A stretch of 24,000 nt of DNA from an uncultured Burkholderiales bacterium (lineage in GTDB: Bacteria; Pseudomonadota; Gammaproteobacteria; Burkholderiales; Burkholderiaceae_E): contig CADEEH010000028.1 of assembly GCA_902826305.1 (NCBI GenBank), forward strand, positions 15,952-39,951, given 5' to 3'. Position 1 is the stretch's first letter, and the number at the start of each line of letters is the position of its first letter. Below the pieces are notes generated by a model that was not told where the DNA came from, ran no database searches, and saw only the letters and a list, made by a program, of their open reading frames with translations. Positions 17,003 through 24,000 of the stretch are shown one piece after another. Both the position numbers and the translations under genes were made by a program.

Positions 17003-17836
17003 TCAGGCCCTGAACTCGGTCTTCTCGGTGCCCTGATACAGCGCCTTCACCTGCCGCGCGACCGAATCCGCGTGCGCCGCGAGTGCACCGTCGTCCAGGT
17101 CCGCCTTCGGGCGCGGTTCGTAGTCGAAGTGATGGTAGCGATCGACACCGCGCACCAGCATCGCCGCGTCGCGGACCTTCGTCTGGCGCACGTGGGTCGG
17201 GATGTAGCGGATCGCCAGGCCGATGCGACGATCGTTGCTGCCGTTGGCGCCCGATCCGTGGACCAGCTTGATGTGATGCAGCGAGATCTCGCCGGGCCGC
17301 AGCGACAGGCCGACCGCCTTGCTCTTGTCGACCTCGACCGCGATCTCCTGGCCGCGCGAGAGCAGGTTGTCCTTGTGGAAGGTGTCGACATGCGGCAACT
17401 GGTCGATCTTGTGGCTGCCGGGGATCACCTGCATGTAGCCGTTGTCGGCATTCACCTCGGTGAACGCGACCCAGGCGGTGATGACGTCGTCGGGATCGAG
17501 CCCCCAGTAGGTGGAGTCCTGGTGCCAGGAGACGAAGCCGGGGCTGTGTGCTTCCTTGATGAAGAAGTTGGTCGTCCAGCACAGGATGTCCGGACCGATC
17601 GCGTCCTCGACGGCGTCCAGGATCTTCGGATGGTGGACGAGTGCGTCGGCCCAGGTGAACAGCAGATGGGTCTTGTGGCGCAGGTTGCCTTGCAGCGGCT
17701 GCCCGGCCTTGGATTCGTGGGATTCCAGCGCACGCCGATACCGGAACGCCTCATCGGCCGACATGACTCGGATCGGCGCGTAGAAACCGTCGCGATGGTA
17801 GGCCTCGACCGCGGCCGGCGAGAGCAGCTTGGTCAT
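17003..17836 (-). CDS. Phytanoyl-CoA dioxygenase (PhyH) family Fe(II)/2-oxoglutarate oxygenase
   Basis: 277 aa. Begins LSPAAVEAYHRDGFY, has the facial-triad His-x-Asp in VSWHQDSTYW and a distal His in ISLHHIKLVHGSGAN, plus RRIGLAIRY. GAGGAA RBS is upstream. Confidence 0.85.
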   Translation of the reverse strand: MTKLLSPAAVEAYHRDGFYAPIRVMSADEAFRYRRALESHESKAGQPLQGNLRHKTHLLFTWADALVHHPKILDAVEDAIGPDILCWTTNFFIKEAHSPGFVSWHQDSTYWGLDPDDVITAWVAFTEVNADNGYMQVIPGSHKIDQLPHVDTFHKDNLLSRGQEIAVEVDKSKAVGLSLRPGEISLHHIKLVHGSGANGSNDRRIGLAIRYIPTHVRQTKVRDAAMLVRGVDRYHHFDYEPRPKADLDDGALAAHADSVARQVKALYQGTEKTEFRA

Positions 17837-17998
17837 TGCGCTCGTTCCTCGACAACTGATCAGACGTGAGAGGGATGCGAACCGGTACGACGACCCGGAG
17901 GGGTCGACGAAAATCTTAGCAGTTCGCGCTTCGCTCCGTGCGCCGGATTCCGTGCTGCGCCGCAGGCATCGGACTGCAGGGCGTCGCCAGCATCACAC

Positions 17999-18015
17999 GA
18001 TCGGCGATGCCGATC
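17999..18015. promoter_or_regulatory. Inverted repeat GATCGGC-GAT-GCCGATC in the divergent PhyH/TRAP control region
   Basis: Perfect 7-bp arms around a 3-nt centre. Function is inferred only from location. Confidence 0.3.
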
Positions 18016-18053
18016 CGGTCGCATGCTGTTTGCTGCATCGCGCGAGGCGACGT

Positions 18054-18071
18054 GCCGACACCCGTGTCGGC
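18054..18071. promoter_or_regulatory. Inverted repeat GCCGACAC-CC-GTGTCGGC (candidate operator)
   Basis: Perfect 8-bp arms around a 2-nt centre, ending 7 nt upstream of the candidate -35 box of the TRAP operon. Confidence 0.35.
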
Positions 18072-18078
18072 CGCTTCG

Positions 18079-18108
18079 TTGACACCGCCGGAACGCGATG
18101 CGTAGGAT
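18079..18108 (+). promoter_or_regulatory. Candidate sigma70 promoter of the TRAP operon
   Basis: Consensus TTGACA (18079-18084), 18-nt spacer, TAGGAT (18103-18108). GGGAGA RBS at 18151-18156 lies 9 nt before ATG 18166. Confidence 0.45.
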
Positions 18109-18165
18109 GACGACCGATACGACGCGTGGCCGACGAGCCCGCGCGAAACCGGGAGACCCGATTCC

Positions 18166-19197
18166 ATGTCCACTGTCCGCAGACGTTTCCTGCGTGCCGC
18201 CGCCGCAGGAGCCGGTGTCGTCACCGCCGCCCCGGCGATCGTGCGGGCGCAGCAGGCCACCACCTGGCGCTGCCAGTCGATGTGGAGCGCGGCCGAACTG
18301 ACCTACAAGTGCTTCGAGGACTTCTGCGAACGCGTGAAGGCGGCGTCCAACGGTCGACTGGTGCTGCAGCCGTTCGCCGCCGGTGCGGTCACCGGCGTGT
18401 TCGAGACGCTGGACGCGGTCAGCGCCGGCGTGCTGCAGGCCCATTCGTCGGCGCCCGTCTACTGGACCGGCAAGGACGCCGGCCTGGCGATGCTCGGTGA
18501 TCTGGTGTTCGGCTACCAGCATCCCTGGCAGGCCGAGGCGTGGTACTACCACAAGGGTGGCCTGCAGATGCTGCGGCAGGCCTACGCGAAGTACAACGTC
18601 TATCCGGTCGGAGTCAGCTGGTGGGGCGTGGAGACCGTCGTCTCCAAGAAGCCGCTGGCGAAGATGGAGGACTTCAAGGGCGTGAAGGTCCGCTCCCCGC
18701 AGGGCATGACCGCGGAGATCCTGAGCAAGCTCGGCGCGTCGATTGTCGTGTTGCCCGGCGGCGAGGTCTATTCCGCGCTCGACAAGGGTGTGGTCGACGC
18801 CGCCGACTGGGGAACGCTGTCGATGAACCAGCGGATGGGTTTCCACGAGGTGGCCAAGTCGCCGACCAAGCTCTTCCACTCGATGCCGGTGCAGGAATTC
18901 ACCGTCAACATGGACGCGTGGAAGAAGCTGCCGGACGACCTGAAGGCGCTGCTCGCGACCGCGGTGCGCGAATGGACCTGGGACCAGGTGCAGCGGGTCG
19001 CCGTCGACGACGCCCGGGTCGCCGCGGAACTTGGCGCCAAAGGTGTCACCCCGGTGGTCTGGAACGACGCCGAGATGGCCAAGGTGCGCACGCTGGCCGA
19101 ACGCACCTGGGAGGAATGGTCCAAGAAGACGCCGATGGCCAAGAGCGCCTATGACTCGCAGGTCGCCTGGCTGAAGGATCTCAAGGTCATCGGCTGA
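18166..19197 (+). CDS. TRAP transporter solute-binding subunit (DctP-type, Tat signal)
   Basis: 343 aa. Twin-arginine signal STVRRRFLRAAAAGAGVVTAAPAIVRA. LPGGEVYSALDKGVVDAADWGT and WYYHKGG resemble the COG4663-type TRAP receptors as I recall them. Confidence 0.85.
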   Translation: MSTVRRRFLRAAAAGAGVVTAAPAIVRAQQATTWRCQSMWSAAELTYKCFEDFCERVKAASNGRLVLQPFAAGAVTGVFETLDAVSAGVLQAHSSAPVYWTGKDAGLAMLGDLVFGYQHPWQAEAWYYHKGGLQMLRQAYAKYNVYPVGVSWWGVETVVSKKPLAKMEDFKGVKVRSPQGMTAEILSKLGASIVVLPGGEVYSALDKGVVDAADWGTLSMNQRMGFHEVAKSPTKLFHSMPVQEFTVNMDAWKKLPDDLKALLATAVREWTWDQVQRVAVDDARVAAELGAKGVTPVVWNDAEMAKVRTLAERTWEEWSKKTPMAKSAYDSQVAWLKDLKVIG

Positions 19198-19760
19198 TGG
19201 CCGAGGACGCGGCGGACGGCGGGCAGCGCGATCGGCCCGCCGTGCATGGAGGGCCCGCCGATCGCTTCTGCGATGTCGTCGACCGGATCAACACCTGGGT
19301 CGGCCGCGTCTGCGCCTGGTCGATCTTCCTCGTCACCGCGGTCGTGTTGTACGAGGTCGTCTCGCGCGGCGTGTTCGGCATGGCGACGACCTGGGCCAAC
19401 GAGACGACGATCTACCTGTCGGCGTCGGCCTACCTGGTCGCCGGCGGCTACGCGCTGGCGCATCGGCGACACGTGCGCATCGACCTGCTCTACGATCGCC
19501 TCTCGCCGCGCACACGAACCCGCCTCGACCTGTTCACGTTCGTCTTCTTCGTGATCTACGTCGGTGCGCTGGCGTGGGTGGGGACGACGCTGGCATGGGG
19601 CTCGTTCCTCGAAGGCGAGACCACCGGCACGCCGTGGAATCCGCCGATCTGGCCGGTCAAGTTCGCGATTCCGCTGGCCGGCCTGCTGCTGCTGCTGCAG
19701 GGCATCGCCAACCTGCTGCGCGACACCGGCATCGCCGACACGCGGAGTCGCGCGGGATGA
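19197..19760 (+). CDS. TRAP transporter small permease subunit (DctQ-type)
   Basis: 187 aa with four hydrophobic segments and HRRHVRIDLLYDRL, typical of DctQ. Its ATG overlaps the upstream stop (TGATG). Confidence 0.8.
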   Translation: MAEDAADGGQRDRPAVHGGPADRFCDVVDRINTWVGRVCAWSIFLVTAVVLYEVVSRGVFGMATTWANETTIYLSASAYLVAGGYALAHRRHVRIDLLYDRLSPRTRTRLDLFTFVFFVIYVGALAWVGTTLAWGSFLEGETTGTPWNPPIWPVKFAIPLAGLLLLLQGIANLLRDTGIADTRSRAG

Positions 19761-19781
19761 ACCGCGCACGGCCGCAGACCG

Positions 19782-19805
19782 GGCCGGTGCCCGATCCCAC
19801 CGGCC
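19782..19805 (+). other. Stem-loop in the 63-nt spacer between the TRAP small and large permease genes
   Basis: GGCCGGT (19782-19788) pairs with ACCGGCC (19799-19805) around a 10-nt loop GCCCGATCCC. Confidence 0.3.
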
Positions 19806-19823
19806 GGTGACCCGGGGCCTTCG

Positions 19824-21140
19824 ATGAGCATCGAACTGCTCAGCCTGCTGTTCGTCGCGGTCTTCGTTGTCATCCTGCTCACCGGCCTGCCGCTGGCATT
19901 CGCCACCGGCGCGGTGGCGGTGTTCTTCGCGCTGATGCTGTTCGGCGTGCCCGGCCTGACGCTGATCGTCGGCCGCGTGTTCACGCTGATGGGCAACTAC
20001 GTGCTGCTGTCGGTGCCGCTGTTCATCTTCATGGCGTGTGTGCTGGAACGCGCCGGCATCGCCGAGGCGATCTTCCGCGCGGCACACGTCTGGGCCGGCC
20101 GGATGCGCGGCGGCCTGGCGGTCGCGGTGATCATCTCGTGTGCGCTGATGGCGGCGATGGTCGGCGTGATCGGTGCCGAGATCGTCACGATGGGCGTGGT
20201 GGCACTGCCGGCGATGCTGTCGCGCGGGTACAAGAAGGAACTGGCGCTGGGCTGCATCTGCGCCGGTGGTGGGCTGGCCACGCTGATCCCGCCCAGTGTG
20301 GTCTTCATCATGTACGGCCTGACCGCCGGCGTGTCGATCGGGCAGCTCTACGTGGCCGGGCTGATCCCGGGCCTGATGCTGGCGGCGATGTACATCGTCT
20401 ACATCATCGTCCGCTGCAGGATGCGCCCCGACTTCGCCCCGCCGGCCAGCGACGAGGAGTTGTCGATTCCGCTGGCCGAGAAACTCGCGCTGCTCAAGGG
20501 CCTGGTGCTGCCCGCACTGGTCGCCTTCAGCGTGCTCGGCTCGTTGTACCTGGGCTGGGCGACACCGACCGAGGCCGCCGGCGTCGGCGTGGTCGGCGCC
20601 ATCGTCGCGATGGCCTGGAACGGCAAACTGACCTGGGGCAAGCTGGTCGGAGCAGCCGAGGACACCGCCAAGGTCACGGTGATGTTGTACTGGCTGTTCT
20701 TCGGCTCGTCGGCACTGATCGGCGTCTACACCCTCGCCGGCGGCACCCGCCTGATCCAGGATGTGATGACGAACCTGCCGGTCGGTCCGATCGGGGTCGT
20801 GATCCTGATCCAGATCATCTGGATCATCCTGGGCTGCTTCATCGACTGGATCGGCATCCTGCTGCTGACCGCGCCGATCTTCGTCCCGGTGGTTGTTGCG
20901 CTGGGCTTCGATCCGGTCTGGATGGGCGTGCTGTTCTGCATGAACATGCAGATCTCGTACATCTCGCCGCCGTTCGGCCCGGCCGCGTTCTACCTGAAGG
21001 GTGTCACGCCGCCGGAGATCACGCTGGTGGACATCTTCCGGTCGGTGTGGCCTTATCTGGGCCTGCAGGTGGTCGCACTCGGCCTGGTGATCACGTTCCC
21101 GCAGATCGCCTTGTGGCTGCCGGCCACGATGAGCAAGTGA
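19824..21140 (+). CDS. TRAP transporter large permease subunit (DctM-type)
   Basis: 438 aa, polytopic. MSIELLSLLFVAVFVVILLTGLPLAFATG, the LLSVPLFIFMA motif and the C-terminal ISPPFGPAAFYLKG are typical of DctM. Confidence 0.9.
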   Translation: MSIELLSLLFVAVFVVILLTGLPLAFATGAVAVFFALMLFGVPGLTLIVGRVFTLMGNYVLLSVPLFIFMACVLERAGIAEAIFRAAHVWAGRMRGGLAVAVIISCALMAAMVGVIGAEIVTMGVVALPAMLSRGYKKELALGCICAGGGLATLIPPSVVFIMYGLTAGVSIGQLYVAGLIPGLMLAAMYIVYIIVRCRMRPDFAPPASDEELSIPLAEKLALLKGLVLPALVAFSVLGSLYLGWATPTEAAGVGVVGAIVAMAWNGKLTWGKLVGAAEDTAKVTVMLYWLFFGSSALIGVYTLAGGTRLIQDVMTNLPVGPIGVVILIQIIWIILGCFIDWIGILLLTAPIFVPVVVALGFDPVWMGVLFCMNMQISYISPPFGPAAFYLKGVTPPEITLVDIFRSVWPYLGLQVVALGLVITFPQIALWLPATMSK

Positions 21141-21147
21141 GGCCCTG

Positions 21148-22056
21148 ATGACACCCGAACAGATCCTCGATGTGAAGCCGCGCGTGTTGAATCAATCGCA
21201 GCGCGAGTTCTATTTCAACGAAGGTTACCTGCTGCTCGAGCGCGTCATCGACGAGCGCTGGCTGGCACGCCTGCGCGCGGCGACCGACGAACTGGTCGAG
21301 CGCAGCCGCTCGGTGACGGTGTCCGACCAGGTGTTCGACCTGGAAGCCGGCCATGCGGCCGACGCACCGCGGCTGCGTCGCGTCTCCAATCCGGCCGAGC
21401 AGCACGAGGCGTTCTGGGCGTACTGCACGGATTCGGTGATGGCCGACATCGTCGCCGACCTGGTCGGCCCGGACGTCAAGTTCCACCACTCCAAGCTCAA
21501 CTTCAAGTGGGCCAACGGCGGCGAGGAAGTGAAGTGGCACTACGACATCGCCTTCTGGCCGCACACCAACTACTCGCCGCTGACGGTGGGCACCTACCTG
21601 TACGACTGTGGCATGGCGCAGGGACCGCTCGGTGTGCTGCCGCGCAGCCACCTGATCGATCCGATGCTGTCGCAGTACGACGCCCAGGGCCGCTGGACCG
21701 GCTGCCTGTCGACCGAGGACTGCGCGAAGCTGGACCTGTCCCGGGCCGCGTTCCTCCCGGGTCCGGCGGGATCGCTGACGATCCACAATTGCCGGACACT
21801 GCACTATTCGGCGCGCAACGAATCCGACCTGGGTCGCCCGCTGCTGCTGAACACGTTGACCTCGGCCGACGCGTTCCCGTACACCGTCAACCCGATCAGG
21901 CCGAAACACGACCAGTTCATCCTGCGCGGTCGGCCCGCACGTTTCGCGCACCACGACCCGCGCCCGTGCCTGATCCCACCCGACTGGTCGAAGGGCTACA
22001 CGTCGATCTTCGCGCTCCAGCAGGGCGAGCAGACGGCGGCGCCGGGCATGCGCTGA
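21148..22056 (+). CDS. Phytanoyl-CoA dioxygenase (PhyH) family Fe(II)/2-oxoglutarate oxygenase
   Basis: 302 aa. LNQSQREFYFNEGYLLLERVI, His-x-Asp in VKWHYDIAFW and a distal His in LTIHNCRTLHYSARN. It starts 7 nt after the TRAP large-subunit stop, so it is probably in the same transcript. Confidence 0.85.
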   Translation: MTPEQILDVKPRVLNQSQREFYFNEGYLLLERVIDERWLARLRAATDELVERSRSVTVSDQVFDLEAGHAADAPRLRRVSNPAEQHEAFWAYCTDSVMADIVADLVGPDVKFHHSKLNFKWANGGEEVKWHYDIAFWPHTNYSPLTVGTYLYDCGMAQGPLGVLPRSHLIDPMLSQYDAQGRWTGCLSTEDCAKLDLSRAAFLPGPAGSLTIHNCRTLHYSARNESDLGRPLLLNTLTSADAFPYTVNPIRPKHDQFILRGRPARFAHHDPRPCLIPPDWSKGYTSIFALQQGEQTAAPGMR

Positions 22057-22090
22057 CCCGACGCGCGTGATCACCACGCGTCGCGTCGGG
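22057..22090. terminator. Strong GC-rich hairpin filling the convergent gap (candidate bidirectional terminator)
   Basis: CCCGACG (22057-22063) pairs with CGTCGGG (22084-22090), and CGCGTG (22064-22069) pairs with CACGCG (22075-22080). Loop is ATCAC, with a 3-nt bulge at 22081-22083. It occupies 34 of the 36 nt between stop codons 22056 and 22093. No U tract. Confidence 0.45.
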
Positions 22091-22092
22091 AG

Positions 22093-22944
22093 TCAGTGCG
22101 CGGCGAAGAAATCCAGCAGCCGCGTCGCCAGCAGGTCCGGCTGCTCCTCGGCGACGAAATGGCCGCTGTCGGGGATCGCCCCGCCCTGGACGTGGTCGGC
22201 GATCAGGCGCAGCGACTCGAGCGGCTCTTCACCGCGTCCACGCGACTCCTCCCGGGCACCACCGAGGGCCAGCACCGGCATCCTCAGGCGGAACCCCGAG
22301 TCGAGTATCGCCTTGTTGTCGATGCGGTCCTGCGGAATGTTCCGGTAGTACTCGAAACCGGATGTCAGCGCACCGGGCTGGCTATAGCAGCGGACATATT
22401 CGTCGATGTCGGCTGGCTCGATCGCCCCCTTGCGCCAGCTGAACGCGTCGTAGAACCAGCTCAGGTAGACCCGCTCGCGGCCCTGGACCAGCGCCTCCGG
22501 CAACTCCGGCGTCATGTGGAACGCGTGATGCCAGCGCCTGCCGCCCTGGGAGATGTCGGGACCGATGCCGGGGATCGTCACGTCGAGGATCGTCAGCGTA
22601 CGGATCCGCTCGGGAGCTCGGCAGGCGAGCGCGAAAGCGGTCGGCCCGCCCCAGTCGTGACCGACCAGGTGGAACGACGCCAGCCCGAGGCGGTCGCACA
22701 GTTCCAGCAGGTCCCCGGCGAGTGTGCGTTTGTCGTAGCCGCCGACCGGACGCGAACTGTCGCCCAGCCCGGGCAGATCCGGCATGACCAGCCGGTATCG
22801 CGCGGCCAGCCGTGGTGCGATCTTGCGCCACTCGTGCCACGACTGCGGCCAGCCGTGAAAGAGCATCACCGGATCACCGGCGCCGGCCGTGACGACGTGC
22901 AGTTCCGTGCGCGACAGCCCGACCCGGTGGTGTTCGACGTCCAT
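22093..22944 (-). CDS. Alpha/beta hydrolase, epoxide-hydrolase / dehalogenase-like (Asp nucleophile)
   Basis: 283 aa. HGWP oxyanion motif (VMLFHGWPQSWHEW), nucleophile elbow HLVGHDWGG (Asp), catalytic His in DSGHFVAEEQP and a cap-region Tyr pair FEYYRN. Confidence 0.85.
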   Translation of the reverse strand: MDVEHHRVGLSRTELHVVTAGAGDPVMLFHGWPQSWHEWRKIAPRLAARYRLVMPDLPGLGDSSRPVGGYDKRTLAGDLLELCDRLGLASFHLVGHDWGGPTAFALACRAPERIRTLTILDVTIPGIGPDISQGGRRWHHAFHMTPELPEALVQGRERVYLSWFYDAFSWRKGAIEPADIDEYVRCYSQPGALTSGFEYYRNIPQDRIDNKAILDSGFRLRMPVLALGGAREESRGRGEEPLESLRLIADHVQGGAIPDSGHFVAEEQPDLLATRLLDFFAAH

Positions 22945-22950
22945 CGACGG

Positions 22951-22956
22951 ATTATA
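22951..22956 (-). promoter_or_regulatory. Perfect TATAAT -10 hexamer 6 nt upstream of the hydrolase ATG (candidate leaderless promoter)
   Basis: The - strand reads tcgcggcgctccTATAATccgtcgATG, which places the A of the ATG where +1 is expected. There is no Shine-Dalgarno. The -35 position falls inside the tRNA 3' end and is poor (AGTCGG/TAGTCG). Confidence 0.35.
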
Positions 22957-22968
22957 GGAGCGCCGCGA

Positions 22969-23044
22969 TGGTGCCGACTATCCGACTCGAACGGATGACC
23001 TACCGCTTACAAGGCGGTTGCTCTACCAGCTGAGCTAAGTCGGC
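22969..23044 (-). tRNA. tRNA-Thr (anticodon UGU), CCA encoded
   Basis: The reverse complement folds by hand into a 76-nt cloverleaf: acceptor GCCGACT/AGTCGGC, D arm GCTC/GAGC, anticodon stem ACCGC/GCGGT with loop CTTGTAA, T arm ATCCG-TTCGAGT-CGGAT, then A-CCA. Confidence 0.95.
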
Positions 23045-23202
23045 TGAGGTGATCACCTGCGGCAGCGGCCGACGATTCACCTGCTGCGATCGGTCCGGCC
23101 CCGGCGGGCAACCGGCACAGGAGAGACCGCAGAACTGGGGTCCGAGTTTACCTGCGATCGCCGCTGCCGAGCGCGGTCACGGCGGGTCGTGCAAAGGCCC
23201 GA

Positions 23203-24000
23203 TCAGCGCATCCGATCGACCAGCTCGGCGAGTGAACTCTTGCTCTTGACCCCGAGCTTGCTGTACGCGTTGGACAGGTGGTTGCTGACCGTCGAGGGTG
23301 ACAGCGAGAGATCGCGGGCGATCTCCTTGTACGTGGCCCCGCCGGCGAAGCGTTCGATGACCTCGCGCTCGCGGCGACCGAGCGTATCGAGCACGTTTTT
23401 TTCACGCATTTTCAGCAGCACCTCCGCACGCAGCGCCTGGGTTCGAACGACGATCTTGCGCCCGGCGTACAGCGCCTGACCGTTGACACCGTCGACCATC
23501 AGCGGTCGCAGCGCCTCGGGCAATCGTCCGCCGAGCCATCCCGGCCATTCGCGGCGGACCAGTTCGGCCGCCCCGGGGCCGGCGGCCCGCAGGTAGCCGT
23601 CGTGGTCGACCAGCACGCCGGTGTAGCTGGCACGCGGCGCGCCGTCCGGGCAGTGCAGCGCCCATCGGATCCGGTTCACGCAACGCACCTCCTGCACGTG
23701 CGGCGCGAGCGCCTGCGTCAACTGCCGGTCGCTCTCGTTGAACGGCCGGCTGCCGTCGCGACGCATCAGCACCAGCTCGTCGAGAATGCCGCTCGACGGG
23801 TCGACCACCCGGACCGCGAGTTCGTAGCGCACCTCGATCGGATCGTAGATCGCATGCCTGACGCCGATCGGACAGTGCGCCGGATCGAACACGTCACGCG
23901 CCGACACGTGGGACGTGCGCGAATGGTCGGACGACCCGCGCCGGGCCGGGAAACGCTCGGCCTGGTAGGCGGCGAGAATCGAATCGGGCACCTCGGGTGC
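23203..24000 (-). CDS. LuxR/FixJ-type HTH transcriptional regulator with an uncharacterised N-terminal domain (may continue beyond the window)
   Basis: C-terminal LGRREREVIERFAGGATYKEIARDLSLSPSTVSNHLSNAYSKLGVKSKSSLAELV is a GerE/LuxR HTH. The listed start at 23991 is a GTG and the frame remains open to nt 24000, so the 5' end is uncertain. Confidence 0.75.
   Translation of the reverse strand, partial: APEVPDSILAAYQAERFPARRGSSDHSRTSHVSARDVFDPAHCPIGVRHAIYDPIEVRYELAVRVVDPSSGILDELVLMRRDGSRPFNESDRQLTQALAPHVQEVRCVNRIRWALHCPDGAPRASYTGVLVDHDGYLRAAGPGAAELVRREWPGWLGGRLPEALRPLMVDGVNGQALYAGRKIVVRTQALRAEVLLKMREKNVLDTLGRREREVIERFAGGATYKEIARDLSLSPSTVSNHLSNAYSKLGVKSKSSLAELVDRMR

Noticed and set aside
17860-22998. 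Antisense ORFs 17860..18879, 19149..20087, 21091..22077 and 22096..22998 (300-340 aa each)
   Set aside because: Each is mirrored by a well-supported TRAP, PhyH or hydrolase gene on the other strand, and none shows a domain signature.
16957-23044. Genomic island integrated at tRNA-Thr (accessory-looking cluster directly downstream of the tRNA 3' end)
   Set aside because: There is no integrase, recombinase or mobility gene. Scanning the intergenic regions by eye, I found no direct repeat of the tRNA 3' segment (TTCGAGTCGGATAGTCGGCACCA). Base composition looks like the rest of the window. A whole-genome comparison would be needed to revisit this.
23047-23058. 12-bp palindrome AGGTGATCACCT just upstream of the tRNA-Thr 5' end, and a search for a tRNA promoter in 23045-23202
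   Set aside because: The palindrome is real, but I could not pair it with a convincing -35/-10 combination on the - strand. The tRNA may be co-transcribed with the LuxR-type gene. The evidence is too weak to call.

Overview
Visibly GC-rich (not computed), gene-dense chromosomal segment of a beta/gamma-proteobacterial type. I found no transposase, integrase, CRISPR array, prophage block or recognisable defence gene. Left third is a housekeeping run on the + strand: 3' end of a sensor kinase, then hemA, prfA, an inserted exported copper-radical-oxidase-like gene, prmC, grxD, ubiX, a universal stress protein, a 4-TM holin-family protein and a DUF3135 protein. Middle, on the - strand: an exported DUF1800/DUF1501 pair of unknown function, then a fructose-type ABC uptake operon (binding protein, permease, single-domain ATPase, ROK regulator) divergent from a PfkB sugar kinase. 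Right third: a PhyH dioxygenase divergent from a TRAP transporter operon that ends in a second PhyH dioxygenase. Convergent with that operon is an Asp-nucleophile (epoxide-hydrolase-like) alpha/beta hydrolase, which directly follows tRNA-Thr(UGU) and a LuxR-type regulator on the - strand. Several gene junctions overlap: TGATG at hemA/prfA and TRAP P/Q, ATGA at usp/holin-like and permease/ATPase, GTGA at ATPase/ROK. This suggests translational coupling. Most long extra ORFs in the six-frame track are antisense or off-frame artefacts of high GC. I do not see a clear-cut novel system. The best candidates for undescribed biology are: (i) the radical-copper-oxidase gene plus a C-rich 13-14 bp tandem array wedged between prfA and prmC; (ii) the PhyH/TRAP/PhyH/hydrolase cluster with palindromic operators and an apparently leaderless hydrolase gene abutting the tRNA; (iii) the DUF1800/DUF1501 pair with an 18-bp perfect palindrome upstream. 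All family assignments come from motif recognition by eye; no database search was run.
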